From the NCBI GenBank assembly GCA_963788655.1, contig CAWBHS010000076.1, positions 32,001 to 96,000 of the forward strand: DNA of 64,000 nucleotides, given 5' to 3'. Every line of letters begins with the position of its first letter. Position 1 is the first letter of the stretch. This DNA is from an uncultured Verrucomicrobiae bacterium (GTDB lineage Bacteria; Verrucomicrobiota; Verrucomicrobiia; Limisphaerales; JAFGQR01). Below are positions 22,297-32,553 of this stretch, piece after piece. Below the pieces are notes generated by a model. It made no database searches. It saw nothing but the letters and a program-made list of their open reading frames with translations, and was not told where the DNA came from. The translations under genes were made by a program, and so were the position numbers.

Positions 22297-23283
22297 ATGT
22301 TGCTCGAAGTAACGCTGCTCATCATGGGGCTTCTCCTGATCATCAAGGGAGGCGACCTCTTTGTTTCGTCCGCGGTGCGCATCGCCGAGTTCACCCGGAT
22401 GCCCCGGGTGGTCATCGGCTCCACGCTGGTGAGTCTGGCCACCACCACGCCGGAGTTGGTGGTGTCGGTGATGGCCGGGGCCAAAGGCGAGTCCGGCCTG
22501 GCGGTGGGCAACGCGGTCGGTTCCTGCATCTGCAACATCGGATTGATCCTCGGCATCACCGCCACGCTCAAGCACGTGGACGTGCATCTCCGGGTGCTGC
22601 GCCCGTCCTTGGTGGCCATGTTTGGCTTGGGAGGGTTGCTATTTTTGATGACGCTCAACCTCCAGTTGTCCCGGCTGCAAGGCACGATGTTGCTGGCGGG
22701 AGGATTGGGTTACTTTGCGTATGACTTCATGCAACATGCCCGGGATCGCAAGCCCCGCGACTTGGCCGAAGCGCGAGCCATCGAGCAGGACGTGGTGGTT
22801 CGATTTCCGTGGTTTCTGTCGCCGGCCGGTACGGCGGTGCAATTCGCCGCCGGGGCAGGCATCGTGGTGTTTGGCAGCCGGTTGCTGGTGGATTCGGCCG
22901 TGAGCCTGGCGGCTTTCCTCGGCATTCCCTCGATCATTCTCGGATTAACCGTCGTGGCCATGGGCACATCGTTGCCTGAATTGGTCACCGCGGTCACTTC
23001 CAGCCGCAAATCCGTTTCCGACCTGGCGGTCGGCAACATCTTGGGCGCCAATATCGCGAATCTGTCGATCGTCATTGGCACCGCCGCCGCCATGCACGAG
23101 GTCGGCCTGAACCGCCTGACGCAGGTGTTTAACTTTCCCGCGCTGCTTCTCATGATGGCAGTCTTTTTGTGGATGCTGATTACCGATCGACGGGTCACGC
23201 GGAAGGAAGGCATGGTCTTGTTGACGCTGTATGGCCTTTACCTGGGCACGTTGGTCACGCTGACGTTGATGGGGATTCGTTAG
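22297..23283 (+). CDS. Ca2+/Na+ antiporter (CaCA, YrbG-like)
   Basis: Two alpha repeats: ATTTPEL..GNAVGS and GTSLPEL..GNILGAN. Confidence 0.93.
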   Translation: MLLEVTLLIMGLLLIIKGGDLFVSSAVRIAEFTRMPRVVIGSTLVSLATTTPELVVSVMAGAKGESGLAVGNAVGSCICNIGLILGITATLKHVDVHLRVLRPSLVAMFGLGGLLFLMTLNLQLSRLQGTMLLAGGLGYFAYDFMQHARDRKPRDLAEARAIEQDVVVRFPWFLSPAGTAVQFAAGAGIVVFGSRLLVDSAVSLAAFLGIPSIILGLTVVAMGTSLPELVTAVTSSRKSVSDLAVGNILGANIANLSIVIGTAAAMHEVGLNRLTQVFNFPALLLMMAVFLWMLITDRRVTRKEGMVLLTLYGLYLGTLVTLTLMGIR

Positions 23284-23499
23284 GGGAGGCGGGATGCCAG
23301 ATGCCGGATACGGGATGGCCGGTAGGACAGTGCGTCTCGCCTGTCCCGAATTTCCAAAGCGCGTTCGTGTTACCGGGAAGACTCAATGGACGGTTAACTG
23401 TCCATGCGCTGGAAAGTCATGGCAATGCCCCCCCAACGAAGGCCCAAGTTCGCCCTCCATTCAGCGGGCCTTGGAGCTTGGGCCTTCTCTGGTCATTGG

Positions 23500-23838
23500 T
23501 CATTGATCCTTGGTCATTTTCTCGTCGTCTTCAGCAAAGGGCCGACGTTGGCATCGGCGGGCATACCAGCCAAGCACACAAAAAACCAAAATCGCCACCA
23601 CCGGCAACGTCAGCCGTAACGCTTCGTTGCCCACCGGAGCCACCGTGGGTTGCTCCATTGGGGAGGCGGGTTCGGTATTGGTGTTCATCGGCACGAAGGC
23701 CGCATCAGAAGTTGGAGTGCCCACCTGGGCTTGAGCCAACCAAGGCGGGGTCATTTTGGAGCGTGCGGCCATGCTGGTCATAGCGACCGTCTCCAGAAGA
23801 ACCACCAGCAAAATCAAGTTACGCCAGGTCAGTTGCAT
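23500..23838 (-). CDS. Small exported protein with C-terminal TM helix and basic tail
   Basis: Hydrophobic N-terminus, P/T/A-rich linker, LPVVAILVFCVLGWY-ARRCQRR. Confidence 0.5.
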   Translation of the reverse strand: MQLTWRNLILLVVLLETVAMTSMAARSKMTPPWLAQAQVGTPTSDAAFVPMNTNTEPASPMEQPTVAPVGNEALRLTLPVVAILVFCVLGWYARRCQRRPFAEDDEKMTKDQ

Positions 23839-24016
23839 CGTTGCTATCTCGCCGCCATTAAGGCTAGAACCCGTCCGTTTTGTAATCAAGGCAACTCTGT
23901 CACCCAATCGTAACCCAATCGACAACCAGCCGTTTCCGGCGACTGGCAGGTTTGGCTTGGATAAATTGAAAAGTAAGTAACCGAACCTCAGGCCAATCCG
24001 GGCCTGAACCAGTAAT

Positions 24017-24529
24017 ATGACGACAACAAAAATGGATCAAGCCAATGGACGGGCCGTTCCGATGCCGGACTTGACGCGATTCCTGAGCGAGCGGGAACTG
24101 CTCGAGCTCTGCCTGGAATCCGTTTCGGCACTGCACCTGACGACCGGGGAAATGGAACGGCTTAAGATGGGTGAATTTCGGCCGCAAATGCTGCTGACTC
24201 TGCTGGCTTTTGCCTACACCAAACGGCGGTATGCCTCGGAAGACATTGAATGGGCCGCGGTCCACGACCGCACCATTCGCTATATTTGCGCCCACACCCA
24301 ACCGGACTACAAAACGATTCGCCACTTCCGCAAACTGCATCGGGCCTTGATTGAACAGTGCCTCCGCTACGTCTTCGAACACGGATGGCGGCGGGCATTT
24401 GGTCCGGTGAAAACGGACTTCACGTTCTACCAATGGTGGGATTCCTGCCTCGAGCGGCAAGCCCGGGCGGTCGCCGGCGAACGACTTGAATTGGCAATCA
24501 TTGCGGACACCGCAGCCGCCGAATGGTGA
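24017..24529 (+). CDS. Stand-alone DUF772 (IS1182/IS5 transposase N-terminal domain) protein
   Basis: FRPQMLLTLLAFAY...YASEDIE...IRYICAHTQPDYKTIRHFR; no DDE domain. Confidence 0.75.
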   Translation: MTTTKMDQANGRAVPMPDLTRFLSERELLELCLESVSALHLTTGEMERLKMGEFRPQMLLTLLAFAYTKRRYASEDIEWAAVHDRTIRYICAHTQPDYKTIRHFRKLHRALIEQCLRYVFEHGWRRAFGPVKTDFTFYQWWDSCLERQARAVAGERLELAIIADTAAAEW

Positions 24530-24539
24530 ATGGCACGAT

Positions 24540-26150
24540 TCAATCCAGCCCATATTTTTCGAGCCAGCTTTGCGGCAAGGTTCCAAAACTGAGCAGCCAG
24601 TCATTGAACCGCTGCAAGCTCCAGCCGCGTCCAACCACCAATCGCTCGTGCAGGCGGGCATTTTCAAGTCGCCCCAACCAATAGCTCATGGGCACGCCGG
24701 GCTTGGCGGTGTACCAGTTCACGTCCGCTTCGGCGCGAGCCTGGGTGAAACCCAGCGCTCGCTGCAAATGCTGCACCGCCTGGGCGTGACTGTAGCGTCC
24801 GGTCTGGAGACGCAGATCCACGAGAATGCGATGACACCGCCACAGGGCATCGTGGAGTTGCTGCAAGCGCAACGCCGGGGAACGTTCCACCTTGAGGTCC
24901 ACCGTCATCTGCTCGCACCAAAGCGTCCAGCCTTCGTAAAACACCGCATGCGCAAATAACCGCCGCCAGCGGCGCGGATGCCGGTTGGCGGTGACGAATT
25001 GCAAATGGTGCCCCGGGTAAGCCTCGTGCGCGCAGGTGAGCGGCAGCCCGAAGTGTTGTTGTTGCTCGGCCAGTTTGTCGGCGGCTGACGTTTTGATGAG
25101 GCTCAAATCGTTCACCCAAAAAATGCCGCGCTGCTTCTTTTCGAAGGCCCCCGGCGAACTGTAAGCCGCCGTCGGAATGAGCGCGCGCAGGAAATCCGGC
25201 ACGGGCCGCACGTCCAGTTGGTCGCCACGGGGAAAGGTCACCGCGCGGGCCTTTCGAAACGCCGCGGCGATGTGCCTGGTTTGTTCCTGATACAGTTCCA
25301 ACAACGGTTTACCTGGACGCCATTGCGAACGCGCTTCAGCTATCACCTCTTCGGGGGTGCCGCGGCGGCCTTGCGCAGCACAAGCCCGCTGTAAGAGCGC
25401 GCCCACCCGCTGCGCTTCCGCCAACGCCAATGCTTCGACCTGGCCGAGTGTGTAATCCAGTCCCAATTCATCGCGGACCCTTCGCTGCAAAATCGCAGCG
25501 CCCACGGCGAAGGATTTGGCCGGCGCCACGCGACGTTGGCTGACGCGGTCACGGTAACGTTCCAGCGCCGTTCGGGTCGATTTCAGCGCGGAAGCATCGC
25601 TGGGTTGCGCTTGGATCCGCTTCAGCAGCACACCCACCGCTGCGAGCAAGGTTCCCGCACCGGCTACGGTTTGTTGCATCACTTTCCGCCAGACGGCTTC
25701 CGGCTGGTTGATGAGCCGGGCGGCGTCGCCCAGAAAACGCGGCGCCTCGCGTAGCAGCGACCGAAGATTGCGCGCGGCTCGCTTGGGCTCGTCGTCGGCT
25801 CGTTGAAGTTCATGCAGGAGGATGTTGAACAGTTGCTCCGGCGCATCGGGTTCGAGCGTGTAGCGACTGCGGGCAAAGTCTTCGCATTCCTGCAACAGCA
25901 GACTTCGCCACGCGAGGCGATCCAATTGTTGTTCGCGAGTCAATTCGCGCGGGTTCAGTCCGTCCAACGCGCGCAACGCCGCCTGGCGCTGGGATTCACG
26001 TTGCTTGACATAAGCCAACGTGGCTTGGCCGAGTTGGCCCTCGCCCGACTTGAGTCCGGCGAACGTGGCCATCGTAGGTTCCTCGGTCAGCAACGTTTCA
26101 AAGTACCGGTCCAGGAGACCTTCGAACTGCGTTGAGGCGTTCTTCTGCAT
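24540..26150 (-). CDS. DUF885 family protein
   Basis: PTMATFAG, HEAYPGHHLQ, EGW, P..PMSYWLG motifs. Confidence 0.9.
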   Translation of the reverse strand: MQKNASTQFEGLLDRYFETLLTEEPTMATFAGLKSGEGQLGQATLAYVKQRESQRQAALRALDGLNPRELTREQQLDRLAWRSLLLQECEDFARSRYTLEPDAPEQLFNILLHELQRADDEPKRAARNLRSLLREAPRFLGDAARLINQPEAVWRKVMQQTVAGAGTLLAAVGVLLKRIQAQPSDASALKSTRTALERYRDRVSQRRVAPAKSFAVGAAILQRRVRDELGLDYTLGQVEALALAEAQRVGALLQRACAAQGRRGTPEEVIAEARSQWRPGKPLLELYQEQTRHIAAAFRKARAVTFPRGDQLDVRPVPDFLRALIPTAAYSSPGAFEKKQRGIFWVNDLSLIKTSAADKLAEQQQHFGLPLTCAHEAYPGHHLQFVTANRHPRRWRRLFAHAVFYEGWTLWCEQMTVDLKVERSPALRLQQLHDALWRCHRILVDLRLQTGRYSHAQAVQHLQRALGFTQARAEADVNWYTAKPGVPMSYWLGRLENARLHERLVVGRGWSLQRFNDWLLSFGTLPQSWLEKYGLD

Positions 26151-26398
26151 GCGGCCATCCAGCCACAAATGACCGGGCGACGCACGCGCCAAGTGACGAG
26201 GGCCGCGGGGGCAACTCGCAAAAAACGGTCAACGTTAGCCAACGCAAGTTTTGCCGCATTGACGGGGCAACTTCTAATGAGTAAACGAGTTTTCGAGCAG
26301 GCCCGGCCGAAGGGCCGGTGGCCCGTACGCGGCCCGCAAGTCCAACGGCGGACAGCGCCTGCCGAGAACGGGCCGACAACCTTAACCGTGTTCGAATC

Positions 26399-27121
26399 AT
26401 GGCTGATACACAAAACGCAACCAACGCTCAAACCGCCGCCGGCACTGCGCCGGCGCAACGTCCTCTCGATTTGCTGCTGCTCGGCGCCCCCGGCTCCGGC
26501 AAAGGCACGCAAGCCTCCGTGCTGGTCAAAGCACTGGAGATCCCACACATCGCCACCGGCGACTTGTTCCGCGAGAATCTGAAGAACAACACTGAGCTGG
26601 GCAAACTGGCCAAGTCATACATGGACCAAGGTCAGTTGGTGCCGGATGAAGTGACCGCCCGGATGATGGAAGACCGGTTGTCCCGGCCCGACGTGGCCAA
26701 GGGATTCATTCTCGACGGTTTTCCCCGCAACTTGGCTCAGGCAGCGGATTTGGAGAAGATTCTGACCAAGTTGAACCGGAGCATTCTGGCGGTGTTTTAC
26801 ATCCAGGCATCCGACGACCTGATCATTTCCCGGCTGAGTTCCCGGCTGATTTGCCGCCAGTGCCAGACGCCCTACAATTTGAAGACCATGAAGCCCAAAC
26901 AGGAAGGCATCTGCGACAAGTGCGGCGGTGAATTGTATCAGCGCGACGACGACAAACCAGAAACCGTGTCGGCCCGGCTGAAGGTCTATCACACACAGAC
27001 CGCGCCGTTGATCGAGCATTACACCCAGGCCGGGTTGCTCCACGAGTTAAAGGCCGAGGCCGGCTTGGAAAACGCCAACCGCCAGGTCCTCGAAGTCATC
27101 AAGCAACGGACCGCGAAGTAA
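26399..27121 (+). CDS. adk: Adenylate kinase with zinc-binding lid
   Basis: GAPGSGKGTQA P-loop, LDGFPR, CRQC...CDKC, QRDDD. Confidence 0.97.
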   Translation: MADTQNATNAQTAAGTAPAQRPLDLLLLGAPGSGKGTQASVLVKALEIPHIATGDLFRENLKNNTELGKLAKSYMDQGQLVPDEVTARMMEDRLSRPDVAKGFILDGFPRNLAQAADLEKILTKLNRSILAVFYIQASDDLIISRLSSRLICRQCQTPYNLKTMKPKQEGICDKCGGELYQRDDDKPETVSARLKVYHTQTAPLIEHYTQAGLLHELKAEAGLENANRQVLEVIKQRTAK

Positions 27122-27494
27122 CGCAACGGGCTGCCGGCATCCTGCCGGAAGTTTGGAACGGGAGCCGCGATTAATGGCCAATGACCCATGCTCAATGGCA
27201 AGAGAATGAGCAACATCCAATGATCAGGCACCTATTGGCAGACTGCGAGCCGTCCAAGGCTTGACTACTGGGCATTCTTTGCGACTTGGCCATTGTCCGC
27301 TGGACGACTGGTCAATACCGAAGACGCAATCCGGGCAAACTCGAACGTCGCACATGCTCGGTTATCCATGCTGTATTCATTGCCCCAACCGTGAACTCCA
27401 CGGATATCTATAAGGCGAAAACGTTGCGCGCGATTATCCGATTAACATCCGCAACTGGCCTGCCAAGAGTCTTCCAGGGAAAATGTAAGGAATC

Positions 27495-27806
27495 TCAGTC
27501 GTATGCTTTGCGTCGTCGTGCCAGTTCCTTTTCCGTATCGCGCGCCCCGTGGATTACGCCCAACACCACGACGGTTTGCCCGCTGATGTAATAAAATATT
27601 CCGTAAGGAAACTTCGGCAAATTGACGCGTCGAATGTCGAGGAATCGCACGGAGTAAAAGGATGCATCATCACTCAGATGCCGGAACAAGCCGTTTGCTT
27701 CCAACTCAAGCTGTAAACCAACGCCCGGCTCTTGGCGTTCGTACCAAGCGGAGGCTTCAGCGAGATCAATTGGTACGAGCGGGTGAAAGTCGAGCCTGTA
27801 CCTCAC
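27495..27806 (-). CDS. RelE/ParE-family toxin
   Basis: DLAEASAWYE...GVG; RRVNLPKFPYGIFY; VIHGARD. Confidence 0.85.
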   Translation of the reverse strand: MRYRLDFHPLVPIDLAEASAWYERQEPGVGLQLELEANGLFRHLSDDASFYSVRFLDIRRVNLPKFPYGIFYYISGQTVVVLGVIHGARDTEKELARRRKAYD

Positions 27807-28041
27807 GACGGATGTCCTCAAAGAAATGGTCCAATTCCTCTTCGTTCGTGACCCGGATGAAGCGTTCCGGGTGCTCGAAATATTCCTGGCGGCGGCGCAA
27901 CAATTCGTCCTTCTGCGCCTCCATTATCTCCCCGCTTTCGGTAAACAACTCGTAGCGATGTTCATCCAGCCAGAGCAGCAGCCGGCGGCGTTCTTCCGGT
28001 GGCATTTCGCGGATGGCGGATTCAACTTGCTCGATGTTCAT
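27766..28041 (-). CDS. Putative addiction-module antitoxin
   Basis: Small acidic ORF overlapping the toxin; MPPEERRRL..., QKDELLRR. Confidence 0.75.
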   Translation of the reverse strand: MNIEQVESAIREMPPEERRRLLLWLDEHRYELFTESGEIMEAQKDELLRRRQEYFEHPERFIRVTNEEELDHFFEDIRREVQARLSPARTN

Positions 28042-28267
28042 GCGGGGAAGATTACGCAGGTGCTCCTTATTTGCGAATGAAAATATTGAAGCCGTTGCGC
28101 CGTTCACAGTGGATTCAGCCCGCGCGAGTCAGGCGGTACATTTTTAGGTTTTCAGCAGTTGCGGGATAACCACAGATTTACCGTTCAAATTCCGATCAGC
28201 GTTTTGCGCATACGCCGCCGGCATGATGAAGATTGTCACGACGCCGCAACGGCGGTAACACAACGCC

Positions 28268-29867
28268 ATGAAATCATCATTGTCCCTTTGCCTGCTGGCC
28301 GTCGCCTTGGGATGGAGCGCGTTCCCCAGTCGGGCTCAAAACGATTCCTCGCCGTCGCGTGCAAAGTCTGATTTGTGGGTGCTCGCGCAACGCTACCAGC
28401 CGACGCACCGGTATTCCACGCTGTTCACCGCCCAAAATGTGCGGGACCTGCTGGCGAACGAAGCGGGTATCGCCAAGGCCATCGACTGGTGCCAAAAGAC
28501 CGCCGTCACACACGTGTATCTCGAAGAGTTTCGGGATGGTTACCAGGCGGACAAGGAGACGTTGTTGCGGGCCAAGGAACGTTTTCAAAAGGCGGGCATC
28601 GACACCTCCGGCTGCATCACCACCACGCGGGTCGGCAAATCCTCGACGGGTTGGAAAAACACCATCTCCTGCTACACCGACCCAGCGACCCAACTCAAAC
28701 TCAAGGCGATCTTCGAATACGCCGCCGGCTTGTTCGACGAGATCATGATCGACGACTTCTGGTTTACCGACTGCACGTGCCCCGCGTGTGACGCCGCCCG
28801 TCGGGCCAGGAAGGTTACCATTGGCGACCACATCTATTCGGTGGTCGGCGACACCTGGGAGGACTACCGCTGCGAACTGATGGTGCGCCTGTCCCGCGAT
28901 TACTTGCTGGCCGCCGCCCAACGCGTCAATCCGCGCGTGAAGTTGATCATCAAATACCCGCAATGGTATGACCGCTTTCACGAACGCGGTTACGAAGTCG
29001 TGCGCGAAACTGCCGACTTCGACAAGATTTGGGTGGGCACCGAAACGCGCGATTACAACGATCCGCGCTGGGGCGGTACGGTGCAATACGAGGCCTATTT
29101 CATCATGCGTTGGCTTGGCGGATTGGGAGGCACCAAATGCGGCGGCGGATGGTTCGATCCTGTACGGCACCACGGAACAGACCTACGTCGAGCAAGCCCG
29201 GCAAACCATTCTGGGCGGCGCGCGCGAATCGCTGTTGTTTTGCTACGGCAGTCTGCAGACTCAAACCGGACCAAAAAACGTCGCGGCATTGCGCCAACAA
29301 ATTCCCGAACTCTTTCAGATCGCTGAGCAAGTCAAGCGGCGCGAAATCGTCGGCATTGCGGCCTGCAAACCGCCGAACAGCCATCCAGGGAAAGAAGCCC
29401 GCGTCTTTGATTTCGTCGGCATGTTGGGCCTTCCCCTGGTGCCCTGTCATGAATTTCCCGCGTCCGCACCGGCGGCCTTCTTCTCGATCCACATCGTGAA
29501 AACTCCAGGCTGGCAGGACAAGCTGTCCGCGTTCATTCAGTCGGGCAAACCCGTGCTGCTAACCGATGGATTGGTGGCGGCGTTGGCGGGTCGAATACCG
29601 CTGAACGCACCCAATGTTCACGTGCTGAAGGTCAACGGGGATCCCCAATCGTTGTTGCAGCTTTCCCAGGCCAAACTCGATGAACTCCGGGCGTCCATGT
29701 TGCAGCCCTTCAAGACTACGTTTCGCGCACCCAACCGCGTGGCGCCTTACTTGTTCAAAGACGGCAGTTGGGTGGTCGAGAACTTCAACGACCAACCGGT
29801 GCAGGTCGAACTCGCGGGCAAAACCTTCAGTGTGGACGGGCGCGGTTGGAAATACGATTGGCGCTAA
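28268..29867 (+). CDS. Secreted hypothetical protein, probable TIM-barrel hydrolase-like; frameshift near 29160
   Basis: Signal peptide; DEIMIDDFWFTDCTC; IIKYPQWY; two overlapping ORFs join at GGWFD/YGT. Confidence 0.65.
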
Positions 29868-29876
29868 CGCCGCTAA

Positions 29877-30008
29877 GAGCCTGTTTGAAAAATGGTAGCG
29901 GCCGACGTAAGGAGGCTCATGCTTGTCGAATGCAGCACGGTTTTCCGAAATAGATTGAGCCTCCTCACGTCGGCTGCTACAGATCGGATGGAGTTTTAAA
30001 ACAGGCTC
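29877..30008 (-). mobile_element. 132-bp MITE with internal REP hairpin, copy 2 (inverted)
   Basis: Ends GAGCCTGTTTGAAAA / TTTTAAAACAGGCTC; TAA on both flanks. Confidence 0.9.
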
Positions 30009-30979
30009 TAACCAATCCGTTCCGTCATAATGCGGGGCAGAATCGCTTCGAGGCGGTCCTGCTCCAGACGCGCGGGGAGCAACTGACTCAGGTTGTCCGC
30101 GGCGGCCGCCATGCCCCAACGAATGGCGTCCAGCGGTGCCGCTTCACGTTGCAGCGCCCAGGCGATGCCCGCCGCCATGCAATCACCGCAGCCGATGGGA
30201 TTCACCACCAATTTTACCGGCGGCGGCATCGAACGGTAGGTTTCCGTCCCATGGGTCGCCAGCACCGCCTGCTTACCCTGAGTGATGACCACCCATTCCG
30301 CGCCCCGCCGGTTCAGTTCGCGCATGGCTTCCAGCACGGCTGTGTCCTCATTCGAGGCGATGCCAAGCGTGCGCCGCAGTTCTTCGCGGTTCGGCTTTAC
30401 CAGGAACGGCTTGGTTGGAAGCGCCGCCAGCAACTCTTCACCCCGGACATCCAGAATCACCTGGGCCGGGCACTCCTGGATCAAATCGCGGTAGAACGTT
30501 GCCGGGGTTCCGGCCGGAAGCGAACCACTCAGCACGACGATCTTCGTCCCGGTTGCTTCGCGCGCGAAAGCGGACAGGAACAAATCGAGTTCTTCGCGCG
30601 TGGCCGGCGCCGAATTCTCAACCAGTTCGGTGGTCGTGTGCGCGGTGGCATCCAGAATGGTGGTGCAGACCCGGGTGGGTGTGGGCGAATCAAGGAGGCT
30701 TGCGTTCAGGGCCAGATGCTCGAATTCTTCTTTGATGGCCGCGCCGCTCTTGCCGCCCACCAGGGAAAGTGTTTTGGCGCTGGCGCCGAGAAAGTGCAAG
30801 GCCAGCCCCACGTTCAGCACTTTGCCCGAAGCGCACCAGCGGACTTCGCGGGCGCGGTTGACTTCGCCCACCTGCAATTCGTCCAACATCACGATTTGTT
30901 GCCACGCGGGCGTCAAACCGGCCGCCAGGATGGTGGGAGCCGGTCGGTCAGTTCGGTGATCAGACGCAGTCGCTTTCAT
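30008..30979 (-). CDS. PfkB-family hexose kinase (1-phosphofructokinase-like)
   Basis: SGKVLNV, LSGSLP, VKPNREEL, NPIGCGD. Confidence 0.9.
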   Translation of the reverse strand: MKATASDHRTDRPAPTILAAGLTPAWQQIVMLDELQVGEVNRAREVRWCASGKVLNVGLALHFLGASAKTLSLVGGKSGAAIKEEFEHLALNASLLDSPTPTRVCTTILDATAHTTTELVENSAPATREELDLFLSAFAREATGTKIVVLSGSLPAGTPATFYRDLIQECPAQVILDVRGEELLAALPTKPFLVKPNREELRRTLGIASNEDTAVLEAMRELNRRGAEWVVITQGKQAVLATHGTETYRSMPPPVKLVVNPIGCGDCMAAGIAWALQREAAPLDAIRWGMAAAADNLSQLLPARLEQDRLEAILPRIMTERIG

Positions 30980-31054
30980 GGGCCGCATTAGAACGCAACT
31001 GGGGTGGCATTCCAAATGCGAAAACTGTCGTGGTTTGGAGTCATCGCGTGTCCA

Positions 31055-32080
31055 CTACGAGGAAATCGGGCGCACTTCCAGACGCGTCGTGTCATTCGTA
31101 ACCGCCTCGGTTTTTATGTCCACCGCCAGGAACAGCTTGATGACTTCGAGGTTGGTCGCGGTATGCGACGACAATGGCCCGGTGACAAATGAACCGCCCC
31201 TGGCCAGGGCCATCGGCAGCAACAATTGGTCGGCCAGATATTCATCCACCGGGGCGCCGGTGTCCAAATAGCGCCGAACCTCTTTAGCCAGCCGGCTGGC
31301 GACGATTTCCGCCTTCACGCCCAATTCCCCGAAGCCGGTGAACACTTCGGTCAGATGCTGGCATTCCACTTCCACGAACACGGCGTTGCCCGGTCCGGAG
31401 GATTTGACCTTTTCGATACGCAGACAATCGCCGTCAAGGTCCAGTTCGCGTTTTAGAATCTTCAATTCCCGTTCGGCGACGTGCGCAGGCAAGTTGGCCA
31501 GTACCGCCGTGGCGCGAAGCTTCAGGAGATCGCCGCGTTCCGGCAAATCCAGCCGCGCCAATTGGGGAACCGGTTCAATGGTCACCCGCATTTTGCCACC
31601 CCCGGCGGGGTAAAAACCGTGCCGGTCCAGTTTGGCCCGGACTTGCGGTCCCATTCGCCGGAGCAATGGCAAAAACGTCCGCGCCAAAAACTCGAAGGGC
31701 GGTGCCAATGGATTATGGGTGCCGCCGGTCAACACCAAGGCGGAGGGCTGGGCGGCGGTGATCAGCGCCGGCAGAACGGTTTGCAATACGAGGGCGGCGC
31801 TCCCGGCGGTGCTTACGGCAAATGCATGTTCCCCAGCCACCACGGCCGCCGGACGAAATTCAAGTTGCTGCGATCCCAAACTGGCCCCTTCCACCTGGGC
31901 CTGGCCCACCGCGGCCGCCGCCTGGACGGCCGTTAAATGCTGGGCCCGCAGACCGGGATGGTTGCGGTGAGCGCGAATGTTGCTGATGCGAAACGCCCGA
32001 CCAGTCACCAGTGACAAGCCGAGGGACGTTCGCAATACCTGTCCGCCGCCTTCGCCCAGCGAGCCGTCAATGGTTAGCAT
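31055..32080 (-). CDS. rtcA: RNA 3'-terminal phosphate cyclase
   Basis: IDGSLGEGGGQVLR, GL..QHL, GFYPAGGG, DEYLADQL, SHTATN (catalytic His). Confidence 0.96.
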   Translation of the reverse strand: MLTIDGSLGEGGGQVLRTSLGLSLVTGRAFRISNIRAHRNHPGLRAQHLTAVQAAAAVGQAQVEGASLGSQQLEFRPAAVVAGEHAFAVSTAGSAALVLQTVLPALITAAQPSALVLTGGTHNPLAPPFEFLARTFLPLLRRMGPQVRAKLDRHGFYPAGGGKMRVTIEPVPQLARLDLPERGDLLKLRATAVLANLPAHVAERELKILKRELDLDGDCLRIEKVKSSGPGNAVFVEVECQHLTEVFTGFGELGVKAEIVASRLAKEVRRYLDTGAPVDEYLADQLLLPMALARGGSFVTGPLSSHTATNLEVIKLFLAVDIKTEAVTNDTTRLEVRPISS

Positions 32081-32311
32081 GTTCTCGCTCACAGATCCCG
32101 ACGCTAGCCACTGCGGCCCGTCTTGAACAGCCGGAACATTCCATTGGAAAATGCGCTTGCTTGCGCGGATTGGCAGGCCTTGTCGGCCCTTCCCATGATC
32201 CACCGGGCATTGCCATCGATGAATTCTAATGATGACCAAGATTGCCAAAACAGAAAATCCGGCTTGGAATTCTTTGCTGGTATGGCTCATTATAACCAGG
32301 GTTTGTACCTT

Positions 32312-32546
32312 ATGAAGCAGGTAACTCAAACGAAGGTCTTGTTCGCCCGGACTGGCGTTGCGACTTCAGCAGCGGAAACCGTATTGTGCCAGGACGATTT
32401 CAAGTCCGGCCGTCTGGCGGAGCACGGAACCGGGACTCGAAATGCGGGTGCTACCCGGCAATTGCCTGGGATCGCCCGAGGTCGAACATTGGGCGCGGTT
32501 CAGCCAGTTTCAGATGGTGCGAATCTGCAAGCGAAAATGGGGTTAA
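32312..32546 (+). pseudogene. Internally deleted remnant of a DUF1349-type secreted gene
   Basis: Blocks ETVLCQDDFKS, WRSTEPGLEMRVLPGN and EHWARFSQF match colinear blocks of the 4756-6210 protein. Confidence 0.6.
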
Positions 32547-32553
32547 TATAACT

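Noticed and set aside
32080..32310. Sigma-54 promoter for rtcA
   Set aside because: TGGC matches on the minus strand lack a correctly spaced TTGC, and there is no rtcR nearby
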